64,000 bases of DNA from an uncultured Spirochaetota bacterium. GTDB lineage: Bacteria; Spirochaetota; Brevinematia; Brevinematales; JAOACQ01. Location of the stretch: contig CAWAOD010000005.1 in assembly GCA_963783575.1 (NCBI GenBank), forward strand, positions 480,001 to 544,000, written 5' to 3'. Numbering within the stretch: position 1 is the first letter of the stretch; each line of letters starts with the position of its first letter. This document shows, in pieces, positions 38,714-49,544 of the stretch. A program made the position numbers and the translations under genes. A model generated the notes under the pieces. It searched no databases, was not told the DNA's origin, and was given only the letters and a program-made list of their open reading frames with translations.

Positions 38714-39172
38714 TTAATTTTTTCCAGATAATTCCATATATTTTTTTGCTTCATTTGTATTTCCGGATTTTTCATACAAACCGGAAACCTTATTGTCTAT
38801 ACTTTTATCGTCTTTTATCTCTAAAGCCATAAGATAATTATTCAATTTTTCCATTTCGTCGGCTGAATTTCCAGCTTTTTTAATGTAAAATTGAAATTGT
38901 TTATCTGGATTATATTGTATAACCAATTTGAAATACTGTTTAAGAAGAACTATGGCTTCTCTTGCATCGTCTCCCATCGGGTAGATTTCGGTTACATAAT
39001 ACAGTGAATCCCTGGCTTTTATCATTTTTTTGTTATCAATGAAAGCTTTTCCCGTCTCAAGCCAATCACCGGAAAGGGATTTTCTTTCAGAAGGCGAAAG
39101 TTTGTCGTAATATTTTGAATAACCGGAAACGGCAAAAGCTAAAAGAATTAAAATTCCTAATACAATCTTCAT
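38714..39172 (-). CDS. Exported hypothetical helical protein
   Basis: Signal peptide, RBS AGGAGG, TPR-like helices. Confidence 0.6.
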   Translation of the reverse strand: MKIVLGILILLAFAVSGYSKYYDKLSPSERKSLSGDWLETGKAFIDNKKMIKARDSLYYVTEIYPMGDDAREAIVLLKQYFKLVIQYNPDKQFQFYIKKAGNSADEMEKLNNYLMALEIKDDKSIDNKVSGLYEKSGNTNEAKKYMELSGKN

Positions 39173-39421
39173 ATTGGCCTCCTATGAAATACTGAAACAA
39201 TTCTATTTATAATATAATTAATTATGTTTCAGATTTCAAGTACGGCTATCTTTCTTCCTGCATAAGTTAGGAATGTTAGTATTGTTCATATCATCAAATC
39301 AAAAATACTGATCTTATTATCTAATCAATAATGAATGAATTCCGATATATCGAATGATATTTTATTTTCAACCCCATATTTTATAATAAAAAATAAGATT
39401 TTTCAGTGCCGGGAGGATGAA

Positions 39422-39844
39422 ATGATTTACGGGGTAAATACAAATTTTGGTAAAAAAATGGATATGCTTGAAATGGCAATTAATGCAACCAATGTAAGAA
39501 GGGAAGTAATCGCTGACAATATAGCGAATGCGGATACTCCTTTTTTTAAAAGATCGGATGTAACATTTGAAGCTCAGCTTGAAAGGGCTGTCGAATCCGA
39601 AAAAGAACCTGAATTCCCGGCAATATTGACCGATCCGGCGCATATTGCTTTTGATGAAACCATGGATTATAGGACAGTCAAACCGAAAATCAATGTTGAA
39701 TATGATTCTAATTACAGAAATGATAAAAATAATGTTGATATTGATAAAGAAATGACATATGCTACAAAAAATGCGATGCAGTATAATGCCTTACTTGAAG
39801 TTTATTCAAGAAATATTAAAACAATCGATTATGTTATGAAATAA
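39422..39844 (+). CDS. flgB: Flagellar basal-body rod protein FlgB
   Basis: RREVIADNIANADTPFFK...RNDKNNVDIDKEM; start at ATG 39422 behind GGGAGG. Confidence 0.95.
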   Translation: MIYGVNTNFGKKMDMLEMAINATNVRREVIADNIANADTPFFKRSDVTFEAQLERAVESEKEPEFPAILTDPAHIAFDETMDYRTVKPKINVEYDSNYRNDKNNVDIDKEMTYATKNAMQYNALLEVYSRNIKTIDYVMK

Positions 39845-39873
39845 AACCAATTATTTTGAGATAGGAGATTAAT

Positions 39874-40329
39874 ATGGGAATTTTTAATGTATTAAATATC
39901 AGTTCCAGCGGATTAACGGCGCAGAGGCTCAGGGTTGATGTAATAGCAAATAATATTGCAAATTCAACCACGACACGTACAACTGACGGCGGGCCTTTCC
40001 AGAGATCGAGAGTAGTTTTGAGGCCTATAGACGATAGCCTGACATTCAAATCACATTTATTACCCGAAACTATGGGAAAAAGGGAAGGGCAAGGAGTCAG
40101 GGTGATGAAAATCGAAAAGGATGAACAGCCGCCCAGGATGGTATATGATCCGACCCATCCTGATGTGGTGCAATCAGGTAAATGGAAGGGATATGTAATG
40201 TATCCGAATGTTAATATCGTACAGGAAATGGTTGATATGATCTCTGCCAACAGAAGTTATGAAGCCAATGTTACTATGATAAATTCCGCAAGGCAGATGT
40301 TTGAAAAAGCATTATCATTAGGGAAATAA
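39874..40329 (+). CDS. flgC: Flagellar basal-body rod protein FlgC
   Basis: SGLTAQRLRVDVIANNIAN...YDPTHPD...GYVMYPNVN...RSYEAN. Confidence 0.97.
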   Translation: MGIFNVLNISSSGLTAQRLRVDVIANNIANSTTTRTTDGGPFQRSRVVLRPIDDSLTFKSHLLPETMGKREGQGVRVMKIEKDEQPPRMVYDPTHPDVVQSGKWKGYVMYPNVNIVQEMVDMISANRSYEANVTMINSARQMFEKALSLGK

Positions 40330-40434
40330 TTTTTAATAAATAATTAATAAAAAAATAAATAATTTCTTGCAATTATATAAAAATAAGTCATAATAGTAGT
40401 AGTTAAAAACTTACTACTGAAATTGGGAGGGAAA

Positions 40435-40767
40435 ATGGAAATCATTGGAAGAAACCAGGCAGTAGGAAACCAGGTAAATCTTATCACAACGGATAGAATG
40501 CACTTTAATGAAAAAGGTATGACCCCGTCTCAAAAGGATGTCCCCACCGATCCGTTTTCAAAAATACTTTTTGATTCTATTGATCAGGTAAACTCATTAC
40601 AGCAGAATTCGGATGATTTAGAACAAAAGATGATCACTAATCCCGAATCTGTTAATATAGATGATGTAATGATAGCCTCTGAAAAAACAAGGCTTTCTGT
40701 ATCCTTCTTTAAGAGTATTTCTGAAAAAGCTATCAGGGCATATAATGATATCATGATGATCCGTTGA
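40435..40767 (+). CDS. fliE: Flagellar hook-basal body protein FliE
   Basis: DQVNSLQ...IDDVMIASEK...KAIRAYNDIMM; position after flgC. Confidence 0.9.
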   Translation: MEIIGRNQAVGNQVNLITTDRMHFNEKGMTPSQKDVPTDPFSKILFDSIDQVNSLQQNSDDLEQKMITNPESVNIDDVMIASEKTRLSVSFFKSISEKAIRAYNDIMMIR

Positions 40768-40906
40768 CAACTTCCTGTTGTCTACAGAACTTCCTGGGCG
40801 TAATAGCGGATAAACCGTTCTTCACTGCCTTTGTATAGTTTGGGGAGTTCTCTGGGGCATCCGTGTGTCCCTAATCTGGCATTGGTTTTGCGAATGAAGT
40901 CCGGGA
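40766..40906 (+). ncRNA. Candidate structured RNA in the fliE-fliF spacer
   Basis: GC-richer island with a 14-bp stem (40786-40799/40838-40851, five G-U pairs), an inner hairpin (40806-40818) and a hairpin at 40854-40871; no family recognised. Confidence 0.35.
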
Positions 40907-41010
40907 TATAGAGTGATTTGTTTATGAGGCTTAAAATTAATTATAAATAGAATTTTTGACTTTAAACTTTCTATTTTATACATTTAACTTAATAAGGCAG
41001 GAGGGAACAT

Positions 41011-42714
41011 ATGCCTGATTTTGGAGAAATATTAAAAAAGCTACAGGAACTTTTTGAAAAACTGACCATGGTTCAAAAGTTAATCCTGGCCGGAATCGGT
41101 TTTGCTATTATAGCCTCTTTAATCTTTATTGCAAATGTATCCACCAAATCTACTTATTCTATGCTTTATAAGTCGCCTCTTTCTCAGGAGGAATATGCAA
41201 GAATCACAAAAAAACTTACCGAATGGAATATCAAATTTGAAACAAAAGATGATAAGTATATCCTGTTGAAAGATGACAACCAGAGCCGTACAATCCGTAT
41301 GAAGCTGGGACAGGAAGGAATTATCCCGGATAATATTAAAGGGTGGGAACTCTTTGATACCCAAAAGTTTACAACTACTGATTTTGAGCGAAACGTAAAT
41401 CTTCAGAGAGCAATAATCGGTGAAATGGTTAAACATTTAAAAACTCTTGAAGATGTAGAAGATGTTAGTATAGAAGTAAGCTTTCCAAAAGAAAGTCTAT
41501 ATTCGGATTACCAGGCTCCAACCACCGCATCTGTAATAATTGTTCCAGGGCCCTACAGTGATATTTCCGAGAATAAAAATAAAATAAAAGGAATTGTTAA
41601 TCTTGTTGCAAGAGGAATTCAGGATTTAAAGCCTGAAAACATTGTAGTGGTTGATAATAAGGGTAATGTATTATCTGATTTATTGGTTCCCGATGATGCG
41701 AGCGAAGGCTTGAAAATTGCAAGAGAACACCTTAAAATAAAGGAGAGGGAAAGAGCATTATTAATCAGCCGGATAAAAGAATCGTTGAAGCAGTCAATCA
41801 GCCCTGAAAGGCTGTTGGTATCGGCTGACATAGAATTTGACTGGACTAAAAGGAAGTCTGAAGCTGATAAGATTATACCTATTGTTGTAAAAGAAAGAAC
41901 GCCGAACCTGCCTTATGACGACAGCCAGGTTCAAATTAATGTCCCGGTCAGCGAAAAAAAGACGACAGAAAAATTCGAAGGGCCTGCTTACATTCCAGAA
42001 GGCCCTGCCGGTGTTGAAAATAATGTTCCACCTGGATTGAAGGATAAGATTGATAGATATACCCATTATAATAAAGATGAAAATATTATTAATTATCAGA
42101 ATAGTAAAGAAAAAGTTCAGGAAGAAAAAGCTCCATATGAGATAAAAAGGATTTCTGTGGCTGTATCTATTGATGGTGTCTGGGAAATTCTAAGGACTGA
42201 TGCAGGCGATCCGATTGTTACAAACGGTGGAAGGATTGCAAGGGCATATCACCCGGTGGATCCGGATAGCTTAAAAAATTATGAGGCTTGGGTAAAAGCT
42301 GCCGTCAACTATGATGTAAAACGCGGGGATGATGTTGTTGTTAATTCGATAGCATTTGATCATTTAAAGGAGTTTGAGAAAGAAGATGAAGGCATACGCA
42401 GAAAAGTACAGTTAAGAAGAACATTATTGGCTTCTATTGTCGTATTATTCTTCCTCTTCCTCGCAACGCTTGGATACAGGGGATTGGCACGTGAACTTGA
42501 AAGAAGAAGAAGACTCCGCGAGGAAGAGATAGCCCGACAGCAGCAGGCAATGCGAGAAGCAGCCTTAAGGGCGGCGGAGGAAGAAGCAGCTACCGTGGAA
42601 TTATCTATAGAAGAAAAAGCTCGGGCCGAGCTTTTGGAAAACGCGATTAATCTTTCGCGGGAAAGGGCTGATGACGTAGCCCGTTTGATCAGAACCTGGT
42701 TAGCGGAAGAATAG
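41011..42714 (+). CDS. fliF: Flagellar MS-ring protein FliF
   Basis: Two TM helices, GWELFD...TTDFERNVNLQRA, ENIVVVDNKG and terminal VARLIRTWL. Confidence 0.95.
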   Translation: MPDFGEILKKLQELFEKLTMVQKLILAGIGFAIIASLIFIANVSTKSTYSMLYKSPLSQEEYARITKKLTEWNIKFETKDDKYILLKDDNQSRTIRMKLGQEGIIPDNIKGWELFDTQKFTTTDFERNVNLQRAIIGEMVKHLKTLEDVEDVSIEVSFPKESLYSDYQAPTTASVIIVPGPYSDISENKNKIKGIVNLVARGIQDLKPENIVVVDNKGNVLSDLLVPDDASEGLKIAREHLKIKERERALLISRIKESLKQSISPERLLVSADIEFDWTKRKSEADKIIPIVVKERTPNLPYDDSQVQINVPVSEKKTTEKFEGPAYIPEGPAGVENNVPPGLKDKIDRYTHYNKDENIINYQNSKEKVQEEKAPYEIKRISVAVSIDGVWEILRTDAGDPIVTNGGRIARAYHPVDPDSLKNYEAWVKAAVNYDVKRGDDVVVNSIAFDHLKEFEKEDEGIRRKVQLRRTLLASIVVLFFLFLATLGYRGLARELERRRRLREEEIARQQQAMREAALRAAEEEAATVELSIEEKARAELLENAINLSRERADDVARLIRTWLAEE

Positions 42715-42723
42715 GAGGCGAAT

Positions 42724-43797
42724 ATGGCAGAAAAAACTACAGTGGAACAGCAACAGCAAGTTCCGAAACAACAGGGAAAAGGAAAGAGGGAAAAGAAAAG
42801 GACTTTGACAGGAAGGGAAAAAGCCGCAGTTTTTCTTGTCTCTATAGGCCCCGAAGTATCTGCTGATATTTTCAAGCATTTGAAAGAAGATGAAGTGGAA
42901 GAATTGACATTTGAAATAGCCAGGGTCGATAAAGTTGACCCAGAGGAAAGAGATACGGTTTTGATGGAATTCCAGGAATTAATGATGGCCCAGGACTTTA
43001 TTGTAAACGGCGGCGTAGATTATGCCAGGGAAGTTCTGGAAAGAGCATTGGGTACACAGAAAGCTGTAGATATTATCAACCGTTTAACTTCTTCACTTCA
43101 GACAAAGCCGTTTGACTTTATAAGAAGAACCGATCCGGTACATTTGATAAATTTCATTCAGAATGAGCATCCGCAGACAATAGCCCTGATTTTATCATAT
43201 CTTGATTCTCAAAAAGCTGCGCATATAATAAGTGCGCTTCCCCATGAGATACAGGCCGATGTGGCTAAAAGAATAGCGACAATGGATAGGACTTCCCCGG
43301 AAATTTTAAGGGAAGTTGAAAGGGTGCTTGAAAGAAAACTTTCCACTCTGGCAAGCGAAGACTATACATCTGCCGGCGGTATTGACGCTGTTGTTTCAAT
43401 TTTAAACAACGCCGACCGCTCGACTGAAAGAAATATTATTGAGGCTTTGGAAGAAGACGATCCGGATCTTGCCGAAGAAATTAAGAAAAAAATGTTTGTG
43501 TTTGAAGATGTTATTACGCTTGATGACCGTTCCATACAGAAAGTTCTCAGGCATGTTGATACCTCCGATCTTGCAAAGGCATTAAAAGCAGTTGATCCTG
43601 AAGTTCAGGATAAAATATACCGAAATATGTCTAAGCGCGCAGCACAAATGCTGAAAGAAGATATGGAATATATGGGACCGATACGTTTGAAGGATGTTGA
43701 AGAAGCTCAGCAAAAAATTGTTAATATTATCAGAAAATTGGAGGAACAGGGAGAAATCGTTCTTTCAAGAAATGCAGAGGATGAAATTGTAGTATAA
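42724..43797 (+). CDS. fliG: Flagellar motor switch protein FliG
   Basis: GGVDYAREVL, EHPQTIALILS, MFVFED and MGPIRLKDVEEAQ motifs. Confidence 0.97.
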   Translation: MAEKTTVEQQQQVPKQQGKGKREKKRTLTGREKAAVFLVSIGPEVSADIFKHLKEDEVEELTFEIARVDKVDPEERDTVLMEFQELMMAQDFIVNGGVDYAREVLERALGTQKAVDIINRLTSSLQTKPFDFIRRTDPVHLINFIQNEHPQTIALILSYLDSQKAAHIISALPHEIQADVAKRIATMDRTSPEILREVERVLERKLSTLASEDYTSAGGIDAVVSILNNADRSTERNIIEALEEDDPDLAEEIKKKMFVFEDVITLDDRSIQKVLRHVDTSDLAKALKAVDPEVQDKIYRNMSKRAAQMLKEDMEYMGPIRLKDVEEAQQKIVNIIRKLEEQGEIVLSRNAEDEIVV

Positions 43798-43885
43798 TTA
43801 CAGGTAAAAGTCGAAGTTTTGATACTCGAAGCAGAGACTGGGGAATTTTATATGATCAAGCGGTGTGTTTGATCAGGGGATGTAT

Positions 43886-44878
43886 ATGGCTGGATCAAAT
43901 TATGATATTCATGCCAAGATTTTGAGAATCGGGCAGTACAGGATTGAGGATACAAAGTTTATTGTCCAGGCTCCAAAAGTATTCAGAAAAACAAAAGAAC
44001 AGGAAATAGATGAATCGACGAAAAGGATAGATGAATTAAAAGATGAAATGAAAAAAATGGAGCAGGATCTTGCCTCTAAAATGGATAAAACCCAGAAAGA
44101 TTCTGAAGAAATAGTTGAAAAAGCAGAGGCTGAAGCTGAAAGGATTGTAAAAGAATCCGAAACAAGTGCATTTGACAGAGTTAAAAAATCTCTTGAAGAA
44201 AAAGAAGCAGTAATTCAGGAAAAAAGAAAAGAAGCTGAAATTGTCATAAATGAAGCTAAAAATATTTCTGAAGAAATGATTAACAACACAAAAATTGAGG
44301 CTGAGAAAATTAAAGAAACGGCAAAAAATGAAGGATTTAATGTGGGAAGGGATGAGGGATTTGAAGCCGGTAAAAATGAACTCATCAGTATGATAGACCG
44401 GCTGAAATTGATCATCAGTACTATGCTTCAGGAAAGGGAAAAAATTCTGGTGCACAGTGAAAGGCAAATCATGAACCTTGTGATCACAATGGTTAAAAAA
44501 ATTGTAAAGAAACTTACCCAGGAAGAAGAAAATGTTGTTGTAAATAATACAAAGGAAGCCCTTTCGATTATCAGGGGCGCCATGAAAGTTTATATCCACG
44601 TTAATCCGTCTGATTATGATTACACAACAAGCCATAAAGAGGAACTGATAAAATTGATAGAGGGAATGCCGGAAGTAAAAATATTTGAAGATCCGGCTGT
44701 GGACAAAGGCGGGGTATACATTGAAACCGATGTCGGGGACGTGGACGCGAAAATCGCCACTCAATTGGATGAAATTGAAGATAAAATACGTTTTTATATT
44801 CCGGTTAAAGTAAAAACAAAGGGAATGGAAGACAGTATTAAAGAAAATGCAGTTCAGGAAAATGATCAATCCGAATAA
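43886..44878 (+). CDS. fliH: Flagellar assembly protein FliH
   Basis: Long coiled coil, GxxxG repeats (EGFNVGRDEGFEAG), IHVNPSD...GGVYIETDVGDVDAKI. Confidence 0.9.
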   Translation: MAGSNYDIHAKILRIGQYRIEDTKFIVQAPKVFRKTKEQEIDESTKRIDELKDEMKKMEQDLASKMDKTQKDSEEIVEKAEAEAERIVKESETSAFDRVKKSLEEKEAVIQEKRKEAEIVINEAKNISEEMINNTKIEAEKIKETAKNEGFNVGRDEGFEAGKNELISMIDRLKLIISTMLQEREKILVHSERQIMNLVITMVKKIVKKLTQEEENVVVNNTKEALSIIRGAMKVYIHVNPSDYDYTTSHKEELIKLIEGMPEVKIFEDPAVDKGGVYIETDVGDVDAKIATQLDEIEDKIRFYIPVKVKTKGMEDSIKENAVQENDQSE

Positions 44879-44896
44879 TTGGATGAGGTACAGCAG

Positions 44897-46255
44897 ATGG
44901 AAGCTGTTAATGATATAGAAATTGATTCCAGTGATATTTTTGAAAAATACCAGAATTCAATCAATCGTGCGGTTCCGATAAAAACTAATGGAAGGGTTAG
45001 CGATGTCATAGGTATATCTATTGAATCCATCGGCCCTTTTGCTTCCATCGGGGATGTTTGTACGATTCAGGTCAATAATCGGGACGACCATCAATTAAAA
45101 GCGGAAGTAGTGGGCTTTAAAAATAAGAAAACTCTCATAATGCCGCTTGGAGATGTAAACGGTATCTCTCCGGGAGTTAAAATACTCAATCTGGGACGAA
45201 AGCTTGAAATTCCTGTCGGTAATGAGCTCCTTGGCAGAATTATCGGCGGTGATGGAACTCCGATCGATGGAAAGGGTGAATTGAAAACAAGGATCATGTA
45301 TCCTGTCGATAATAACCCCCCGGATGCATATCGCAGAAAAAGGATTAAAGATCCTATAACAACCGGAATCCGATCAATAGACGGGGCTTTGACAGTAGGA
45401 AAAGGACAGAGGATCGGTATATTTTCCGGCAGCGGCGTCGGTAAATCCACCCTTTTAGGAATGATTTCACGGAATACAAATGCAGATGTTAACGTAATAG
45501 CTTTGATTGGTGAAAGAGGCAGGGAAGTCCGGGATTTTATTGAAAGGGACCTTGGAGAAGAAGGATTAAAAAGATCCGTTGTAATTGTAGTTACATCAAA
45601 TGAACCGCCTTTATTGAGAATTCGAGGAGCATATGTGGCAACGGCAGTTGCTGAGTATTTCAGAGATCAGGGAATGGATGTAATGTTTATGATGGACTCG
45701 ATTACAAGATTCGCCATGTCGCAAAGAGAGGTCGGGCTTGCCATCGGAGAACCTCCTGCCACGAAAGGTTATACTCCCAGCGTTTTCTCCGTGCTCCCAA
45801 GGCTTCTTGAAAGAACAGGAGCAAGCGATATTGGAACAATCACAGCTTTTTATACAGTGCTTGTTGAAGGTGATGACATTAATGAGCCGATTTCCGATGC
45901 TGTGAGAGGAATTTTAGATGGGCATATTATTTTGTCAAGGAACCTTGCCGTTAAGAATCACTATCCGTCTGTAGATATACTCGGCAGCATAAGCCGTTTG
46001 ATGGTTGATGTTGCCGATGACAGCCACCAGAAAAATGCAAACAAGCTCCGAGAGGTTCTGGCAACTTACAGGGAAGCCGAAGATTTAATAAATATAGGCG
46101 CATATGTAAGGGGAAGCAACCCTAAAATTGATTATGCTTTGACAAAAATTGAGAAGGTTGAGCAGTTCACAAGACAGGGTATATTTGAAAAGGCCGATTT
46201 TCAGGATACGATAAATAGACTGAATCAAATTTTTGATGAATCAAGAAGAAGGTAA
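44897..46255 (+). CDS. fliI: Flagellar export ATPase FliI
   Basis: Walker A GSGVGKST, LIGERGREV, MDSITRFA and GEPPATKGY motifs. Confidence 0.97.
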   Translation: MEAVNDIEIDSSDIFEKYQNSINRAVPIKTNGRVSDVIGISIESIGPFASIGDVCTIQVNNRDDHQLKAEVVGFKNKKTLIMPLGDVNGISPGVKILNLGRKLEIPVGNELLGRIIGGDGTPIDGKGELKTRIMYPVDNNPPDAYRRKRIKDPITTGIRSIDGALTVGKGQRIGIFSGSGVGKSTLLGMISRNTNADVNVIALIGERGREVRDFIERDLGEEGLKRSVVIVVTSNEPPLLRIRGAYVATAVAEYFRDQGMDVMFMMDSITRFAMSQREVGLAIGEPPATKGYTPSVFSVLPRLLERTGASDIGTITAFYTVLVEGDDINEPISDAVRGILDGHIILSRNLAVKNHYPSVDILGSISRLMVDVADDSHQKNANKLREVLATYREAEDLINIGAYVRGSNPKIDYALTKIEKVEQFTRQGIFEKADFQDTINRLNQIFDESRRR

Positions 46256-46439
46256 ATTCTTTTAAATTCCATCAATATTTTTAAAAATCAAAACAATCAG
46301 CTGACATAAACTTCATTTGTATCTTTCATTTTATTTATCAATGTTAATTGTCGAAAATATAGGCAATTAATTAATGTGTATCATTATTTAATAATCTCAA
46401 AATATTTATTGATTCTTGTATAAAAAGTGAAATTATTCA

Positions 46440-46467
46440 TTGACAAAATAGTTTGTTCTATTATAAT
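46440..46467 (+). promoter_or_regulatory. Near-consensus sigma70 promoter
   Basis: TTGACA-16-TATAAT upstream of RBS AAGGAGG. Confidence 0.7.
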
Positions 46468-46498
46468 TTAATCTGCTACTTGCAAGGAGGAATTTATA

Positions 46499-49400
46499 AT
46501 GCTGAAGAAATTTAAGATTATAATTCTTCTTATATTATTAACCCTTTTTCAATCTGTAATTTATTCCGAAACTTCCGTTTTTCTGAGTTTTAGTCCTATT
46601 CCAAAAGGCATTTCAAACTCGGATGGTGATTTTCTAAATTCTTCAGTAATGGAAAACTTACAGGATTTGAATGATCTTCTTAATAATATTTACATTAAAA
46701 GCGATACATTGGAAAAGCTTGCAAATACTAAAATCGATGAAATCAATTCAACAAATACCAATGTTACAATCGTCAATAAAAAACCGGTTAATCCCAAAAA
46801 ATTACCTTCTATTGTATTAAAACCTTTCAATCCGGCAGCATTAAAAACGTTAAATGCATATGTCAGGTTAGATTCAATCTTAGTTGTGAATTATACACTA
46901 AATGCGGCAAAGGGATCTCCGACTAATATTTCTATAAATTTTACTCTCCAGAACAATCAGGGCGTTAAGACCGCTTCGAGTGCAGCTATTATCTCTCAAA
47001 CAAAATTTATGGATACCGGTTATTTAAATGCAACAATTAAAAAATCGATTATTGATCTTTATAATTTATGGAATAGATACTATTATTTACCGAAAAAATT
47101 CGGCTCCGTTACATTTAATATCTTACAAAAAAATGCGGAAATAAAGATCGGATCATTGAATTTGAAGCTTGTTAACGGAAAAAATGATAAACTTCCATAC
47201 GGCAGTTATCTTACCGTAATCACCGCTTCCAATTATCAGACTTTGATTACAAATATTATAATATCGGATAAAACTCCGGTTTATAAATTATCCTTAATTA
47301 CCAATAAAACGGCGGCAAATACTGCTTCAGCATTGGGAAATCTTTTGATCGATTCGGATTTTCCGAATGCCAAATTTATTATAGTGGAAGATGATATAAG
47401 CGGGTTAACGCCGATGACCCTTACAAATATTAAAATAGGGGAAAAAACTGTTGTTTTTGATGAAACGCCTGAATATGAATTCAAGAAAATGAATACAACA
47501 GTTAAAGAAAACGATACCACGTATGAATTTATAAATTTAATTAAAAAGGGTTCGGGATTCAGGATTGAATGTAATTCTGACGATACGTTGGTTATCCTTG
47601 ATAAAGATATTGTCGGAACCGTTTCCAATGGAATATTTGATTATAGTTCATCTCCCGGTTTACATGGCTTAACCTTTATTAAAGATAAGTATGAAGCATT
47701 AAGAACGAATATTAATTTAAAAGCCGATTCAAATGAAAACATAAAAATAAACCTGATACCCAAGAATATAGCCGGTTATATTGTCACCCCTCAGGTTGAT
47801 GGGGTCGAAGTTTTAAATAACAGCCAGAGTATTGGCTTTACACCGGCAATTATTTACCTCCAGGAAACCAATAATATCAGTTTGAATTTGGTCGCTACAA
47901 ATTCCGGTTTTAATAATCTTATGATTAATATGCCATGGAAGTGGGGCAGTGATAATAATTATACCGCTGTATTAAAACCATTATTTGGAGATTTAAAGAT
48001 TATCACCTCTCAGGATGATGTATCCGTTGTTGTTGAAAATTCATTTAAAGGAAAAGCTTCAACCAATGGTATAAGCTTATTAGACATTCCGTCGAGGAGA
48101 ATTAAATTGAGGCTGGAAAAAGATGGATATAAAACAATCAATACCAATATTTATATTTCTCCGAATATTGAAAATAAATATAATTTTGAATTAAAAGAAG
48201 CGCCGTCGAAAGCTTTTATTACTTCATCCCCTGAAAAAGGCCTTGATATTTTTATTAACGGAGAATATTCCGGTGTAAGCGGTGAAGGTGTAGTTTCAAT
48301 AGAAATGGGGAAATTAAATATTAAATTGAAGAAAAAAGGATTTAAGACTATCCAGACCAATATTGACGTAACTGGAAAAGAATCTTTAATTCTTAATTTT
48401 AGTACCGTTCCCGGGGTCGGGGAGGATGAATTTATTGAAAATATCAATGAAAGCTATAGCCAGGCTTTGAAATTGCTGGATAAAAATAGTTTCGATAATG
48501 CCCTATCCAATTTTATAAGTATTAAAAGTAATATCCAGTCTTCGGATTACAAGGATTTGGTTTCCATAAAAGATATTGCAGATAAAATAGATGTAAAAAT
48601 AAAATGGCTGAATGCTCTGGGGGGAATTAACGATTTAATATCAGCAGGTGATGAAAGTTATACAAGGGATGACCTTGATGCATCGGAATTAAGTTATGAA
48701 AATGCCATCAAATTGATGGATTCATCCGGAGCATTGGAAAATTCGTTTTATTCTGAAAAAAAGAAAGACCTGGAATTTAAAATAGAAAACATTAAAAAGG
48801 GAAAAGAAGATAAAGAAACGGCAGATCAGGCCAGGCAGTTTATTTCAAAGATAAATCCGGTTATTTATGAAAGTGATAAACTGGCTGAAAATTTCCAGTT
48901 CACTCAGGCCATTGAGAAATACAATGAAGCTCTTAAAATGATTGATGATTTTCCCTTAAAAGACAATCAAAAACTTAAAGACAGCAGGGAAAGAATTGAA
49001 AAGAGGCTTAAAAGAGCGCAGCTTCAGGCTAAGGAAAGAGATGTCTGGTGGCCGAAAATGGTTAGAAACTGGACCGGGCTGTCTTTTGATGTGATGGGTT
49101 CAATGATTTCATCGCCGGGAATGTCTTTCGATTCAAAATTACTGAACATTCCGGTATTTGCGAGGCTTGGAATACATATCGCTCCGGTTTTCGGCCTGAC
49201 ATTCGGCGGTATGTATAATGTATCATATGGAAGCAGTGATCTTACGAATAAATACGCTCCATACGCAGTTATGGCAGGAGCCATTCTAAGGGTGCCAATT
49301 TTTCCTCAATTATCTGCGTTTGGGGAATACCAGCTCTTATTATCCGATTTTCAAAGCTTTAATCTCATACAATACGGTATTGTAAATATCGGTGTCGACG

Positions 49401-49516
49401 CAAAATCTACATGGATTGGTATCAAAGTTTTTTATCAGCTTGCTTTTGCTTCCAGTTATCAGGTCTTGTTCAATGGATTAGGATTGGGCATTTCTTTCTG
49501 GATTACCGAGGAATGA
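46499..49516 (+). CDS. Large exported PEGA-repeat protein with helical region and putative C-terminal beta-barrel
   Basis: Signal peptide; repeats such as GNLLIDSD...GLTPMTL, IGFTP and LEKDGYKT; TPR-like helices; aromatic beta-strand C-terminus. Confidence 0.65.
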   Translation: MLKKFKIIILLILLTLFQSVIYSETSVFLSFSPIPKGISNSDGDFLNSSVMENLQDLNDLLNNIYIKSDTLEKLANTKIDEINSTNTNVTIVNKKPVNPKKLPSIVLKPFNPAALKTLNAYVRLDSILVVNYTLNAAKGSPTNISINFTLQNNQGVKTASSAAIISQTKFMDTGYLNATIKKSIIDLYNLWNRYYYLPKKFGSVTFNILQKNAEIKIGSLNLKLVNGKNDKLPYGSYLTVITASNYQTLITNIIISDKTPVYKLSLITNKTAANTASALGNLLIDSDFPNAKFIIVEDDISGLTPMTLTNIKIGEKTVVFDETPEYEFKKMNTTVKENDTTYEFINLIKKGSGFRIECNSDDTLVILDKDIVGTVSNGIFDYSSSPGLHGLTFIKDKYEALRTNINLKADSNENIKINLIPKNIAGYIVTPQVDGVEVLNNSQSIGFTPAIIYLQETNNISLNLVATNSGFNNLMINMPWKWGSDNNYTAVLKPLFGDLKIITSQDDVSVVVENSFKGKASTNGISLLDIPSRRIKLRLEKDGYKTINTNIYISPNIENKYNFELKEAPSKAFITSSPEKGLDIFINGEYSGVSGEGVVSIEMGKLNIKLKKKGFKTIQTNIDVTGKESLILNFSTVPGVGEDEFIENINESYSQALKLLDKNSFDNALSNFISIKSNIQSSDYKDLVSIKDIADKIDVKIKWLNALGGINDLISAGDESYTRDDLDASELSYENAIKLMDSSGALENSFYSEKKKDLEFKIENIKKGKEDKETADQARQFISKINPVIYESDKLAENFQFTQAIEKYNEALKMIDDFPLKDNQKLKDSRERIEKRLKRAQLQAKERDVWWPKMVRNWTGLSFDVMGSMISSPGMSFDSKLLNIPVFARLGIHIAPVFGLTFGGMYNVSYGSSDLTNKYAPYAVMAGAILRVPIFPQLSAFGEYQLLLSDFQSFNLIQYGIVNIGVDAKSTWIGIKVFYQLAFASSYQVLFNGLGLGISFWITEE

Positions 49517-49544
49517 AATATTTATCCGGATATAGGGGAGTTTT

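Noticed and set aside
44036..44869. 277-aa antisense ORF
   Set aside because: Phe-rich shadow of the Lys/Glu-rich fliH; no independent motifs.
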